Below, piece by piece: positions 20,093-29,305 of a stretch of 64,000 bases of DNA. Position 1 is the first letter of the stretch; every line of letters begins with the position of its first letter. A program made the translations under genes and the position numbers. Origin of the DNA: Syntrophorhabdaceae bacterium (GTDB lineage Bacteria > Desulfobacterota > Syntrophorhabdia > Syntrophorhabdales > Syntrophorhabdaceae); contig OY762209.1 in NCBI GenBank assembly GCA_963665295.1, forward strand, positions 4,512,001 to 4,576,000. Direction: 5' to 3'. The notes under the pieces are model-generated. The model was given only the letters and a program-made list of their open reading frames with translations. It made no database searches and was not told where the DNA came from.

Positions 20093-21652
20093 TCAGTTCA
20101 ACTCTTCTATTCTCCCCTCTACCGCGGGCGAAACCTTCTTCTTTGCCCTTATGTATTCGATCACCACGTCCCTGATCCATTTACCAGAATCACTGTACAC
20201 GAGGTTCTCTCCCTTCATGGCGCCCCCTACGACCGAAAAATCCTTCGAGGCCTTGACCGCGTCACCGAACGCCTTGTATCCGTCCCCTCCCGCGGCGAGA
20301 AAATCGTTGGTAGCGACGGTATAGTGCTGATCCTGTTCCATCGGTCTTCCCCCAATGCGGACATCTCTTACGCGCGCACCCTTCGGAGCTTTCGGGGAAT
20401 ACGAAAATGAGAGTCCCGACACCTGGGGAAACTGACCTTCCTCATTTTCAACCCCTGAAACGCCGTGTTCCAGGGCGCTCATGATCCGGCTTCCCGTCAG
20501 TTTCACCGCCACCACATAATTATCGAAAGGAAGGGCCGAATAGATGTCCCCTACGCTGATCTTCCCCTTGGCGATGCTTGTCCGTATGCCTCCCCCATTG
20601 ATTATGGCCACGTCGGCGCCTGCTTTCTCCCTCATTACGTCGGCCACAAAATCCCCAAAATTGGTTTCCTTGAGGCGCACATTCTTTCCATCGAGGTCAA
20701 CCTCCGTTTTCCCTATGGTGTCTTCCATGATCCCGTCGGCCTTGGTCTTATACTTCTCCACGATAGAGAGCACGGAAGGAAGGGTCTTCATCGTTGCGGG
20801 TTTTATCTCTTCAAGATGGCTCTCCGCATGCACTATCTCCCCTCTCCTTATGGTGAGGTCGAGCACCCCCAGGGCCAATCCGTGTTCCCACGCCTGGACT
20901 ATTATCGTTTTTCCTATGGGCATATAGTTTGCGAGTTTAGTGTGGGTGTGACCCCCTACGATCACATCAATGCCTTTCACCCTTTCCGCGAGAAGCATGT
21001 CCATGTTAAGGCCCGCGTGGGAGAGGACTATGATTACGTCCGCTTTCTGCCTCAGCTCTTTTACGTACCGCTTCACTGTGCTCACGATGGGGAGAAACTT
21101 CAGACCCACCACATTCCTCGGATGGGTCGTCACGGGCGCGTCCTCGGTAACGATCCCTATTACGGCAATCCTGACCCCCTCCACCTCTTTTAGCGCATAA
21201 GGCTTCAGGTCCTTCATGCCTTCCACATTCGCCCCGAGCACGGGAAACCGTGCTTCCCCGATCCTCTGTCTGAGCACCGCCTGCCCGAAATCGAACTCAT
21301 GGTTCCCCACCACCATGGCATCGAACCGCATCTCGTTCATTACCTTGACAACGGGTTTCCCCTGGAAAAGGTTCGCCCAGTTGTTCCCCTGGATCATGTC
21401 CCCTGCGGCAAGGAGAAGTCCCGGTTTTTCCTTTCTCAGGGCATCGGCCCTCCACGCAAGGTAGGCAATTCCACCCAACACTTCGTCGGACCCGAAGGCC
21501 TTGTATTCCACCGCATATCCATGGAAATCGTTCACGTGGAGTATGCGTATCTCTTTCTGCACATCCAGGGCATCCGCCCCATGGGAGGTCCCGAAAGGCA
21601 AAAGCAACATGCAAACCAGAAAAACAAGCAGTCCTTTCCTCGTCCTTGCCAC
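20093..21652 (-). CDS. Exported bifunctional 5'-nucleotidase/UDP-sugar hydrolase (UshA-like)
   Basis: Signal peptide; NDFHG, AGD, GNHEFD, SHAG, GGHTH; C-terminal NGGGIR, QVSG, GGDGY. Confidence 0.93.
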   Translation of the reverse strand: MARTRKGLLVFLVCMLLLPFGTSHGADALDVQKEIRILHVNDFHGYAVEYKAFGSDEVLGGIAYLAWRADALRKEKPGLLLAAGDMIQGNNWANLFQGKPVVKVMNEMRFDAMVVGNHEFDFGQAVLRQRIGEARFPVLGANVEGMKDLKPYALKEVEGVRIAVIGIVTEDAPVTTHPRNVVGLKFLPIVSTVKRYVKELRQKADVIIVLSHAGLNMDMLLAERVKGIDVIVGGHTHTKLANYMPIGKTIIVQAWEHGLALGVLDLTIRRGEIVHAESHLEEIKPATMKTLPSVLSIVEKYKTKADGIMEDTIGKTEVDLDGKNVRLKETNFGDFVADVMREKAGADVAIINGGGIRTSIAKGKISVGDIYSALPFDNYVVAVKLTGSRIMSALEHGVSGVENEEGQFPQVSGLSFSYSPKAPKGARVRDVRIGGRPMEQDQHYTVATNDFLAAGGDGYKAFGDAVKASKDFSVVGGAMKGENLVYSDSGKWIRDVVIEYIRAKKKVSPAVEGRIEELN

Positions 21653-21655
21653 GTC

Positions 21656-22696
21656 TCAACCTCCTGTTACCCTGCGCAGTGTGCGCATGAACAATGCGTT
21701 TGCCTTGTGCCTGCCCATGGGAAGCTTTATGTATGCCTTCCCGTCCGTTCCCGCAAATCCTTCGACAAGAATGTTCCGGTCAAGGAAAAGAGGGCGAATG
21801 TTCTCCCACTCCTGCTGCAGTTCGAGAAGGAGGAAATTGCAGGGGGTTTCGATTATATTCACACCCTTCAGACGCGAAAGTTTTTGCCCTATGTAGGCCT
21901 TTTCATCCTCGATGAATTTCAGGGTCCTCATCCGGTATGCCGTGTCTTTCAGCGACACGATCGCCGCGCGGGGCGCGAGAGCGTCCACTTCCAATGAGGG
22001 TCTGGCGTCGCTTATCTCCTTGATAAGTCGCGATGAACCCACCCCATAACCAAGGCGGAGTCCCGCCAGGGCATGGAAAAGTGAAAATGTCCGGAGCACG
22101 ATGGTGGAATGGGAAGCCACCGTTTCTCCTGCCGGAGAATCAAGGGCAACATAATCCCCATATGCCTCGTCTATGACAAGGACCTTTCCGAGTCTGTCCG
22201 CCTCCCCCATGAGTCGGGTGAGACCTTCCCGGGGGATCACCATGCCTGTCATGTCATGGGGCCGGGATATGAGAAGCAAGTCTACATGGCCCAGGAAATC
22301 ACAGAGTCTTGCCGGGTCCGTGGAGGCAGGAGGGTTTCCGTCCTGCGGAAGGGTCATTACCCGCGTTCCGTCCTTCGTCACCATCCTCTCGACCCTGGAG
22401 GAAAGGGGCGAAATCATGCCGATAACGCGCGGCGCTACGGCCTTCAGCAGTATATTGAGGAGCGCCGTCGAACCCGCACCGAAGACGATGTGATCTTCAC
22501 CTATCTTTTCGAGGCCGCAAAGGTATCTCTTCAGGTATCTTGTGTGTTCGTCCGGAAAGACCTCCAAGCGCCCGACTTCCTTTCTTGCGGCATATATGGC
22601 CTTGTTCGACGGACCGAGAGGGTTTACACCGGTGGTGAAATCCGTTATCCGTCCCAGGGAGCATTTCCTGTTCTCCGCGTAATCATGGATGTTCAT
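21656..22696 (-). CDS. HisC/CobD-like PLP-fold protein with degenerate active site
   Basis: NPLGPS, DEAY and LAGLRLGY retained, but the Schiff-base Lys position reads RTFSL. Confidence 0.8.
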   Translation of the reverse strand: MNIHDYAENRKCSLGRITDFTTGVNPLGPSNKAIYAARKEVGRLEVFPDEHTRYLKRYLCGLEKIGEDHIVFGAGSTALLNILLKAVAPRVIGMISPLSSRVERMVTKDGTRVMTLPQDGNPPASTDPARLCDFLGHVDLLLISRPHDMTGMVIPREGLTRLMGEADRLGKVLVIDEAYGDYVALDSPAGETVASHSTIVLRTFSLFHALAGLRLGYGVGSSRLIKEISDARPSLEVDALAPRAAIVSLKDTAYRMRTLKFIEDEKAYIGQKLSRLKGVNIIETPCNFLLLELQQEWENIRPLFLDRNILVEGFAGTDGKAYIKLPMGRHKANALFMRTLRRVTGG

Positions 22697-22699
22697 CGT

Positions 22700-23410
22700 T
22701 CATACCCCCAGGTACGCATCAATGATGGTGCGATCGCACTTCACTTCGGCGGACCCGCCTTCCATTACTATCCTCCCGTTTTCGAGCACATAGGTCCTCC
22801 GGGAATGCTCAAGCGCCATATGGGCGTTCTGTTCGACAAGTATTATCGATATGCCCTTTTCCTTGTTGATGAGGCGGATAAGGGCGAATATCTCCTTGGT
22901 GATGATCGGGGAAAGGCCCATGGATGGTTCATCGAGGAGGAGCAGTCTCGGGTTGCCCATGAGCGCCCTGCCCATAGCGAGCATCTGCTGCTCGCCGCCG
23001 GACAATGTGCCCGCATGCTGCTTAAGCCTCTCCTTCAGCCTAGGGAAGGTAAAAAGAACAAGATCGAAAAGCCCTTTCTTCAACTCCCCGCTGCCGAGGG
23101 TATACCCGCCAAGTTCGAGGTTTTCCTTCACGCTCAGATCAGGGAAAACCCTTCTACCCTCAGGTACCATGGTGATGCCGAGTTTCACTATCTTGTCGGG
23201 CCTCAAGCCCTGTATAGGGACGCCCTCCAGCTCTATTGCGCCCGTTGCGGGCTTCACTATGCCGCTTATGGTCTTCAACAGGGTGGATTTGCCCGCCCCG
23301 TTTGCGCCGATAACCGACACGATCTCTCCTGCCTCGACATAAAGGGCAACGTCGCTCAAGGCGTTTATGGCGCCGTAAGCTACCCTCAGCCCTTTAACCT
23401 CCATCAGCAT
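22700..23410 (-). CDS. livF: Branched-chain amino acid ABC ATPase LivF
   Basis: GANGAGKST, VPEGR, LSGGEQQ, LLDEPS. Confidence 0.93.
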   Translation of the reverse strand: MLMEVKGLRVAYGAINALSDVALYVEAGEIVSVIGANGAGKSTLLKTISGIVKPATGAIELEGVPIQGLRPDKIVKLGITMVPEGRRVFPDLSVKENLELGGYTLGSGELKKGLFDLVLFTFPRLKERLKQHAGTLSGGEQQMLAMGRALMGNPRLLLLDEPSMGLSPIITKEIFALIRLINKEKGISIILVEQNAHMALEHSRRTYVLENGRIVMEGGSAEVKCDRTIIDAYLGV

Positions 23411-24174
23411 GTGAACTCCTCGCCGAGATACGCCTCAATCACCCTTTTATCTTTCTTAACCTCATCCGGCAGACCTTCCATAAGCTTTTCCCCGAAATCC
23501 ATCACCATGACCCTGTCAGAAAGGTTCATCACAAGACCCATCTGGTGTTCGATCAGGAGGAGGGTCAGGGAAAACTTCTTTTTCACTTCTCGCAGGGTCT
23601 CCACAAGGTCTATGATCTCTCTCGGGTTCATCCCTGCCCCCGGTTCATCTATGAGGAGCAGCTTCGGCCCGGTGGAAAGGGCCCTCGCGAGTTCAAGTCT
23701 TCTTTGCTCGCCATAGGGCAGGTTTTTCGCGGCAAGGTCTTCCTTACCCGAAAGCCCGAAGAAATCGAGAAGCCGCCTCGCCTTCTCCTCGGCCTTACCC
23801 TCGCCATGGAAATAACCGCCCGTCCTGAATACCGCGGAATGGACGCCATACCCCCCCTTTCTCAGCGTCCCCGCAAGGAGGTTCTCGAAAACCGTCAGGT
23901 CCCCGAAAAGCCTCATATTCTGGAAAGTCCTCCCCAGGCCGAGGTGGGCCCGCTTGAAAGGGGGCACCGTCGTAATCTCTTTGTCGAAAAATCGCACCGA
24001 GCCTTTATCCGGTCTGTAGAACCCCGTTATCAGGTTGAATACGGTAGTTTTGCCTGCTCCGTTGGGCCCTATGATGCTGAGGGTTTCACCGTCCCTCACG
24101 TGGAACGAGATAGCGTCCACTGCCTGGACCCCTCCAAAACTCTTGCTGAGTCCCGTCACTTCCAATGCGTTCAT
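23404..24174 (-). CDS. livG: Branched-chain amino acid ABC ATPase LivG
   Basis: GPNGAGKTT, RTFQN, LPYGEQR, DEP, IEH, AYLG. Confidence 0.93.
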   Translation of the reverse strand: MNALEVTGLSKSFGGVQAVDAISFHVRDGETLSIIGPNGAGKTTVFNLITGFYRPDKGSVRFFDKEITTVPPFKRAHLGLGRTFQNMRLFGDLTVFENLLAGTLRKGGYGVHSAVFRTGGYFHGEGKAEEKARRLLDFFGLSGKEDLAAKNLPYGEQRRLELARALSTGPKLLLIDEPGAGMNPREIIDLVETLREVKKKFSLTLLLIEHQMGLVMNLSDRVMVMDFGEKLMEGLPDEVKKDKRVIEAYLGEEFTC

Positions 24175-24210
24175 TTCTGTCCTTTTGCCGGTTCCATGGG
24201 AGGTCTCATG

Positions 24211-25149
24211 TCATCTCGATCTCTTGGTTATGATCCCATAGGGTTTCCACATCATGAGGAGGATAAGCATGAGCGGGATAAACACCCATCTGAGATCGAG
24301 CATTTCAGTGGGCAGCAGTATCCTGAGCCCCTCGATCACCCCCACCCATATCAGTCCCGCATAGATTGTCCCTGTAATACTACCCATGCCCCCTATGATG
24401 ACGATGATGAGAAAATCGATTGATTTCAGCACGTCGAAATTGGAGGGATGAAGGAACGTATAAAGGTGGGCGTAGAGCGCCCCTCCTATGCCCGCGAGGA
24501 AGCAGCCGTAAGAGAAAGCCATGAGCTTCATTCTCGCCGTATCGATCCCGATGGAAACCGACGCGATTTCGTCGGTCTTGATGCACCGCCAGAAAAGTCC
24601 GTACCGTGAAAAAATGATATTCCTCGTCACGAGAATCAGGAAAACCGTAACGCACATGGTAAGTTCCAGATTGGTTATCCTCGGTATGCCTACGAAACCC
24701 CTTGACCCTCCAAGCACATCGGCAACCTTATCGGAGTTGTCAAGGACCACTTTGAAGAGCGTCCCGAGCCCGAGTGTCGCTATGGCCAGAAAATCATCAC
24801 GGAGCTTCAGGATGGGTATGCCCAGGATATATCCCACCAGGCCCGTCACAATGCCGCTCACGAGCATGGCCGGCAGAAACGGCACGACCCCTTCGATCCC
24901 GAAGACCCTGGTCAGATAGGCGGATGTGTAAGCGCCGATGCCGTAAAAGGCCGCATGGCCCAGTGAAAACTGGCCCGTGTAGCCGTATATCACGTTGAGG
25001 CCGAGGGAGGCGAGGATCACTATGAAGGCGAAGAGGGTGATCTGTTCGATGTACTGCGATACAATACCGAATACGAAGAGTCCCTTGAGGACAAGGTACA
25101 CAAGGAAGGCAAGAAGGAGAAATTTCCTCGACTCACGGAAAAAACTCAT
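24211..25149 (-). CDS. livM: Branched-chain amino acid ABC permease LivM
   Basis: GYTGQFSLGHAAFYGIGAY, FLAIATL, IIGGMGS. Confidence 0.92.
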   Translation of the reverse strand: MSFFRESRKFLLLAFLVYLVLKGLFVFGIVSQYIEQITLFAFIVILASLGLNVIYGYTGQFSLGHAAFYGIGAYTSAYLTRVFGIEGVVPFLPAMLVSGIVTGLVGYILGIPILKLRDDFLAIATLGLGTLFKVVLDNSDKVADVLGGSRGFVGIPRITNLELTMCVTVFLILVTRNIIFSRYGLFWRCIKTDEIASVSIGIDTARMKLMAFSYGCFLAGIGGALYAHLYTFLHPSNFDVLKSIDFLIIVIIGGMGSITGTIYAGLIWVGVIEGLRILLPTEMLDLRWVFIPLMLILLMMWKPYGIITKRSR

Positions 25150-26036
25150 ACCTTCTCGATCCTCTTGCCGAATATTCCGCTAGGCTTGATGAGGAGCACA
25201 AGGAAAAGGATGATGAATATAACCCCGTCCCTGAATGTGGAGGAGAGGAAGGCGGACACGAACACTTCGGACATGCCGATTATAAGCCCTCCCAGGACCG
25301 CGCCGTGTATAATCCCGATACCTCCCAGCACTGCGGCGATGAAAGACTTTATGCCGGGCATTACGCCCATGAATACGTTGATTTGAGGATAGGCTATTCC
25401 GTAGAGCAAACCCCCGACCCCGGCCAGGGCCGCACCCACCACAAAAGTGAAGGAGATAGTCTGATCGATATTGATACCCATGAGAGATGCCGTTTCCTGA
25501 TCGTAGGAGACCGCCCTCATCGCTCTTCCCTGTTTCGTTTTATACACGAGTATATAGAGAAGCAGAAGCGCAGCGCCCGTGACCGCAAAGATGAGAATCT
25601 GAACATTGGTCACGGAGAACAGGGAAAGATCGTAGCTCACCACCTCAAAAGGCCTGGGGAAACCTATATAATCGGGCGTAAATATACTCTTGAGACTGAG
25701 AAAGTACTCGAGAAACAGAGACACCCCCACCGCGGTAATGAGGAGGGAGATCTTGGGCGCGGCTCTCAGCGGCTTATAGGCCACCTTTTCGATAATATAC
25801 CCGGCGCACCCCGTAAGGACCATGGTGATGACAAACACGAAGTAGATGGGGATATTGAATTTTGCGATGAGATAATATGCGATAAAAGCGCCAAGCATAA
25901 AAATGTCGCCATGGGCGAAGTTGATGAGCCGGAGCACGCCGTAGACCATGGTGTATCCGAGTGCAATAAGGGCGTAGACGGCCCCGAGTTGAAGACCGTT
26001 AATGCACTGCTCGAGTATATAGCCTAATACTTCCAT
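25146..26036 (-). CDS. livH: Branched-chain amino acid ABC permease LivH
   Basis: ALGYTMVYGVLRLINFAHGD, GRAMRA, AAVLGGIG. Confidence 0.93.
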   Translation of the reverse strand: MEVLGYILEQCINGLQLGAVYALIALGYTMVYGVLRLINFAHGDIFMLGAFIAYYLIAKFNIPIYFVFVITMVLTGCAGYIIEKVAYKPLRAAPKISLLITAVGVSLFLEYFLSLKSIFTPDYIGFPRPFEVVSYDLSLFSVTNVQILIFAVTGAALLLLYILVYKTKQGRAMRAVSYDQETASLMGINIDQTISFTFVVGAALAGVGGLLYGIAYPQINVFMGVMPGIKSFIAAVLGGIGIIHGAVLGGLIIGMSEVFVSAFLSSTFRDGVIFIILFLVLLIKPSGIFGKRIEKV

Positions 26037-26073
26037 ACTTCATGCCAGGGTCCGCACGCCGTCTTGCGACGCG

Positions 26074-27204
26074 TCACGGTTCTACGGTTGTTACATACCG
26101 CACCTTGTCTTTTTCCACCTTGAGGATAACCACCGATTTTACCACGTCCCCATTGACGTCAAAGCTGATATTGCCGGTAACGCCCTTGAAATTCTTCAAC
26201 TTCGCGAGACCTTTCACAATTTCCTCCGGCGTCGGCGCTTTCGCGCTGTCGAGTGTCTTGAAGAGGATCATGGAGGCGTCATACGCAAGGGCGCCGAGGG
26301 CATCGGGGACCATGCCGTGTTTCTCTTTATATTTCTTGATATACGCCTGAGTGATCGGGTCTTTTCTGTCAGGAGAATAGTGGTTTGTGTAGTAGCCTCC
26401 CACTATCGCGTTTCCCGCTATCTTCGACAATTCCGGAGAATCCCAGCCGTCGCCGCCAAGGAGGGTAGCCTTCAGGCCCTTTTCCCTGATCTGCTTCGCA
26501 ATGAGACCCACCTTGTTGTAGTAATCCGGTATATAGATGATCTCCGGCTTCTTCATCGCAACTTTCGTGATGAGGGCGGAGAAATCGACATCATCCTTCT
26601 GGTATGATTCGTAGGCGGTAATCGAGCCGCCGCCTTTCGTAAAGGTAGACTTGTAAAACTCCGCAAGACCCTTCGAGTAGTCATTGCTCACATCATAGAG
26701 CACCGCGGCAGTCTTGGCTTTCAGGTTCTTCAGGGAAAAGTTTGCCGCCACCGAACCCTGAAAAGGATCAGTGTAGCACGTCCTGAACACATACGGTTTT
26801 CGCTTGCCGTCGCTTACAGTGACCTTGGGATTTGTGGCGGTCCCCGTGATCATGGGAATCTTGTACTTGTTCGCCGTCTCGCTCACGGGAATGGCCACCT
26901 TGGACGTGAGGGGGCCGATAACCGCCACCACCTTGTCCTGGGTGATCAGCTTGAGTACGGCGTTCGCACCTTCCGTCGGGTCGTTCCGGTCATCGGCGAT
27001 AACCGGGATTATGGTATATTTGCCCTTTTTCGAATATTCCTCAAAAGCGATCATAAAGGAATTCTTCGTCGACTCGCCGTAGGTCTTTACGTCGCCCGTG
27101 AGGGGTGTGATAACGCCGATCTTGATAGTCTCCTTCGCAAAGACATATGAAACCAACAGGAAAGAGGCGCACAATAGAGAGCCTGCGATAATTGCCTTTT
27201 TCAT
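26074..27204 (-). CDS. Branched-chain amino acid ABC substrate-binding protein (LivK/J-like)
   Basis: GGAGG SD, signal peptide MKKAII, IKIGVITPLTG, FRTCYTD, GGDGWD, GVTGNISFD. Confidence 0.92.
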   Translation of the reverse strand: MKKAIIAGSLLCASFLLVSYVFAKETIKIGVITPLTGDVKTYGESTKNSFMIAFEEYSKKGKYTIIPVIADDRNDPTEGANAVLKLITQDKVVAVIGPLTSKVAIPVSETANKYKIPMITGTATNPKVTVSDGKRKPYVFRTCYTDPFQGSVAANFSLKNLKAKTAAVLYDVSNDYSKGLAEFYKSTFTKGGGSITAYESYQKDDVDFSALITKVAMKKPEIIYIPDYYNKVGLIAKQIREKGLKATLLGGDGWDSPELSKIAGNAIVGGYYTNHYSPDRKDPITQAYIKKYKEKHGMVPDALGALAYDASMILFKTLDSAKAPTPEEIVKGLAKLKNFKGVTGNISFDVNGDVVKSVVILKVEKDKVRYVTTVEP

Positions 27205-27327
27205 GGTATGGACCTCCAGTAAAGAATCGTGTATAAATAGAAACATAGTAACGCGATGGAAAGCAACGATTTTGTAAGCGCCCATCCGCATCCCGGCCCA
27301 CGACCCTGTAATGATTAACGACAATCG

Positions 27328-27356
27328 TTGTACCCTCGCGCAAAATGATGTATAGT
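27328..27356 (+). promoter_or_regulatory. Putative sigma70 promoter of selB
   Basis: TTGTAC-N17-TATAGT, 11 nt before ATG. Confidence 0.55.
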
Positions 27357-27367
27357 GAACGTACAAG

Positions 27368-29263
27368 ATGAAAAGAATAGTCGTCGGCACCGCAGGGCAC
27401 ATAGATCATGGGAAGACCACCCTCATCAGGGCTCTCACCGGAATAGACTGCGACAGGCTGAAAGAAGAGAAGGAAAGGGGCATCACCACCGAACTGGGTT
27501 TTGCGTATTACAAGTCGGGGGACGACCTCCTCATCGGTATTGTGGATGTCCCGGGACATGAAAAATTCGTGCGTCACATGGTGGCGGGAGCGTGGGGAAT
27601 CGACATGGCCCTGCTCGTTGTCGCCGCCGATGAAGGCGTAATGCCCCAGACGAGGGAGCATGTCGACATATGCGAACTGCTGGGACTTAGAAGAGGTATC
27701 GTCGCCGTAACCAAGACCGATCTCGTCGATCAGGACATGGTCGAACTCGTTAAAGAGGATGTAACAGATTTTCTCAAAGGACGGCTCCTTGAAGGAGCCC
27801 CCATTATCCCCGTATCGGCAACTTCCGGGGAGAACATAGAGACGCTGAGAGCATCTATTCGGGAGATGGCTCTGGAACTCCGGGAGCGGTCAAAGGAAGG
27901 CATTTTCAGGCTCCCCGTAGACCGGGTATTCACCATCAGGGGGCTCGGCACCATCATCACCGGGACATGCATCTCCGGTTCCGTAAAAGTGGGCGAGGAG
28001 ATCGAGATATATCCCCTGAGGCGACGGGCAAAAATACGGAACATCCAGACTTACCACGAAGACGCCTCCGAGGCCATGGCGGGTCAGAGGGTCGCCCTTA
28101 ACCTCCAGGGAGTGGAAAAACAGGAAGTGGCGCGGGGAAGCATCATCGGGAGGCCGGACACCCTGATCCTCTCCTCCAGGATCGATACTACCCTCAAATA
28201 CCTGAAACTGCCGCTCAAGCCCATCAGAAACGATACGATCCTCCGGTTCCATATCGCCACTACCCAGACGGAAGCGAGGATCATTCTCCTCGACAGAGAC
28301 CAGATCGAACCCGGCGAAGAGGTCTTCGCTCAGTTCGTGTTCCCCGAACCTATAGTAACCCTGCCGGGAGACCGGTATGTACTGAGAGGCCCTTACGTCA
28401 TACAGACCATCGGCGGAGGACAGGTCCTCGATGTGATGCCCACGAGGCATAAACGAAAGACCGCGGACCTCGACACAACCTATCTCCTCCTGTCCGGAGA
28501 CGATTCCGTCGCGAAGGCGGAGTTTCACGTCCTGAAAGGCACATATGGAGGAATCACGAAGAACATGCTCGCCATACTGCTCGGCAAGGACGCCTCTTTC
28601 GGGCAGCAAATCCTGCAACGGATGGAGCGGGACGGGAAAGTGAAGTGCATAGGTAAGATGGTCGTCCACCTGGACAGCTTCTCGAAATACAAGGAGACGC
28701 TCCTTACGCTCCTTCACGATTTCCACGAAAAGAACCCCATAAAGATAGGCATTTCCAAAGAGGAGCTTCGTACCCGGCTCCCCAAAGTAGAGCCCCAGAT
28801 ATTCCAGTCTGCCCTTGACGAATGCATCGCCGAAGGAAAAGCGGCGATAGAGAAGGACAAGGTGAAGGAGCAAGGAGCCGGTAAGGGGATCGATAAGGAA
28901 AGGGAGGGGGTCGCAGAGGACATCCTCGGTAGGCTTAAAGGTTATGGCCTCACTCCGCCCTTACTCAAAGAACTTGTGACAGAGACAAATAAACCCGAAA
29001 AACAGCTCCGGGATATCCTCGAGAGGCTCGTCTTCGAAGGCAAGGCCGTTAAGGTAAAGGGTGATATGTACTTTCACAAACAGGCCATAGAAATGCTGAA
29101 AGAGCGCGTCACGGGATACTTCCAGTCCCACAAAGAGATGACTCCTCCGGATTTCAAATCCATGTTCGATCTGTCGAGGAAATATATGATCCCCATCCTT
29201 GAGTACCTTGATGAAATAAAACTGACTATCAGGGTGGGGGATAAACGGGTCCTCAGAGGATAA
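27368..29263 (+). CDS. selB: Selenocysteine-specific elongation factor SelB
   Basis: GTAGHIDHGKT, DRLKEEKERGIT, DVPGHEKF, C-terminal winged-helix SRKYMIPILEYLD. Confidence 0.96.
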   Translation: MKRIVVGTAGHIDHGKTTLIRALTGIDCDRLKEEKERGITTELGFAYYKSGDDLLIGIVDVPGHEKFVRHMVAGAWGIDMALLVVAADEGVMPQTREHVDICELLGLRRGIVAVTKTDLVDQDMVELVKEDVTDFLKGRLLEGAPIIPVSATSGENIETLRASIREMALELRERSKEGIFRLPVDRVFTIRGLGTIITGTCISGSVKVGEEIEIYPLRRRAKIRNIQTYHEDASEAMAGQRVALNLQGVEKQEVARGSIIGRPDTLILSSRIDTTLKYLKLPLKPIRNDTILRFHIATTQTEARIILLDRDQIEPGEEVFAQFVFPEPIVTLPGDRYVLRGPYVIQTIGGGQVLDVMPTRHKRKTADLDTTYLLLSGDDSVAKAEFHVLKGTYGGITKNMLAILLGKDASFGQQILQRMERDGKVKCIGKMVVHLDSFSKYKETLLTLLHDFHEKNPIKIGISKEELRTRLPKVEPQIFQSALDECIAEGKAAIEKDKVKEQGAGKGIDKEREGVAEDILGRLKGYGLTPPLLKELVTETNKPEKQLRDILERLVFEGKAVKVKGDMYFHKQAIEMLKERVTGYFQSHKEMTPPDFKSMFDLSRKYMIPILEYLDEIKLTIRVGDKRVLRG

Positions 29264-29267
29264 ACCC

Positions 29268-29293
29268 GCTCCCTCCCGGAACGTGGGAGGGGC
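29268..29293. terminator. GC-rich hairpin between convergent genes
   Basis: GCTCCCTCCC...GGGAGGGGC imperfect inverted repeat just after the selB stop. Confidence 0.5.
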
Positions 29294-29305
29294 AGAAAAC
29301 CGGCC

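Noticed and set aside
22109..23716. 535-aa plus-strand ORF and other long antisense ORFs (7420-8424, 8234-9295, 13363-14580, 39635-40879, 57012-58085)
   Set aside because: They lie opposite motif-supported genes and carry no recognisable motifs; shadow ORFs from codon bias.
27205..27402. Extended livK start, or tRNA-Sec next to selB
   Set aside because: SD and signal peptide fix the start at 27204; no cloverleaf or T-loop motif is visible.
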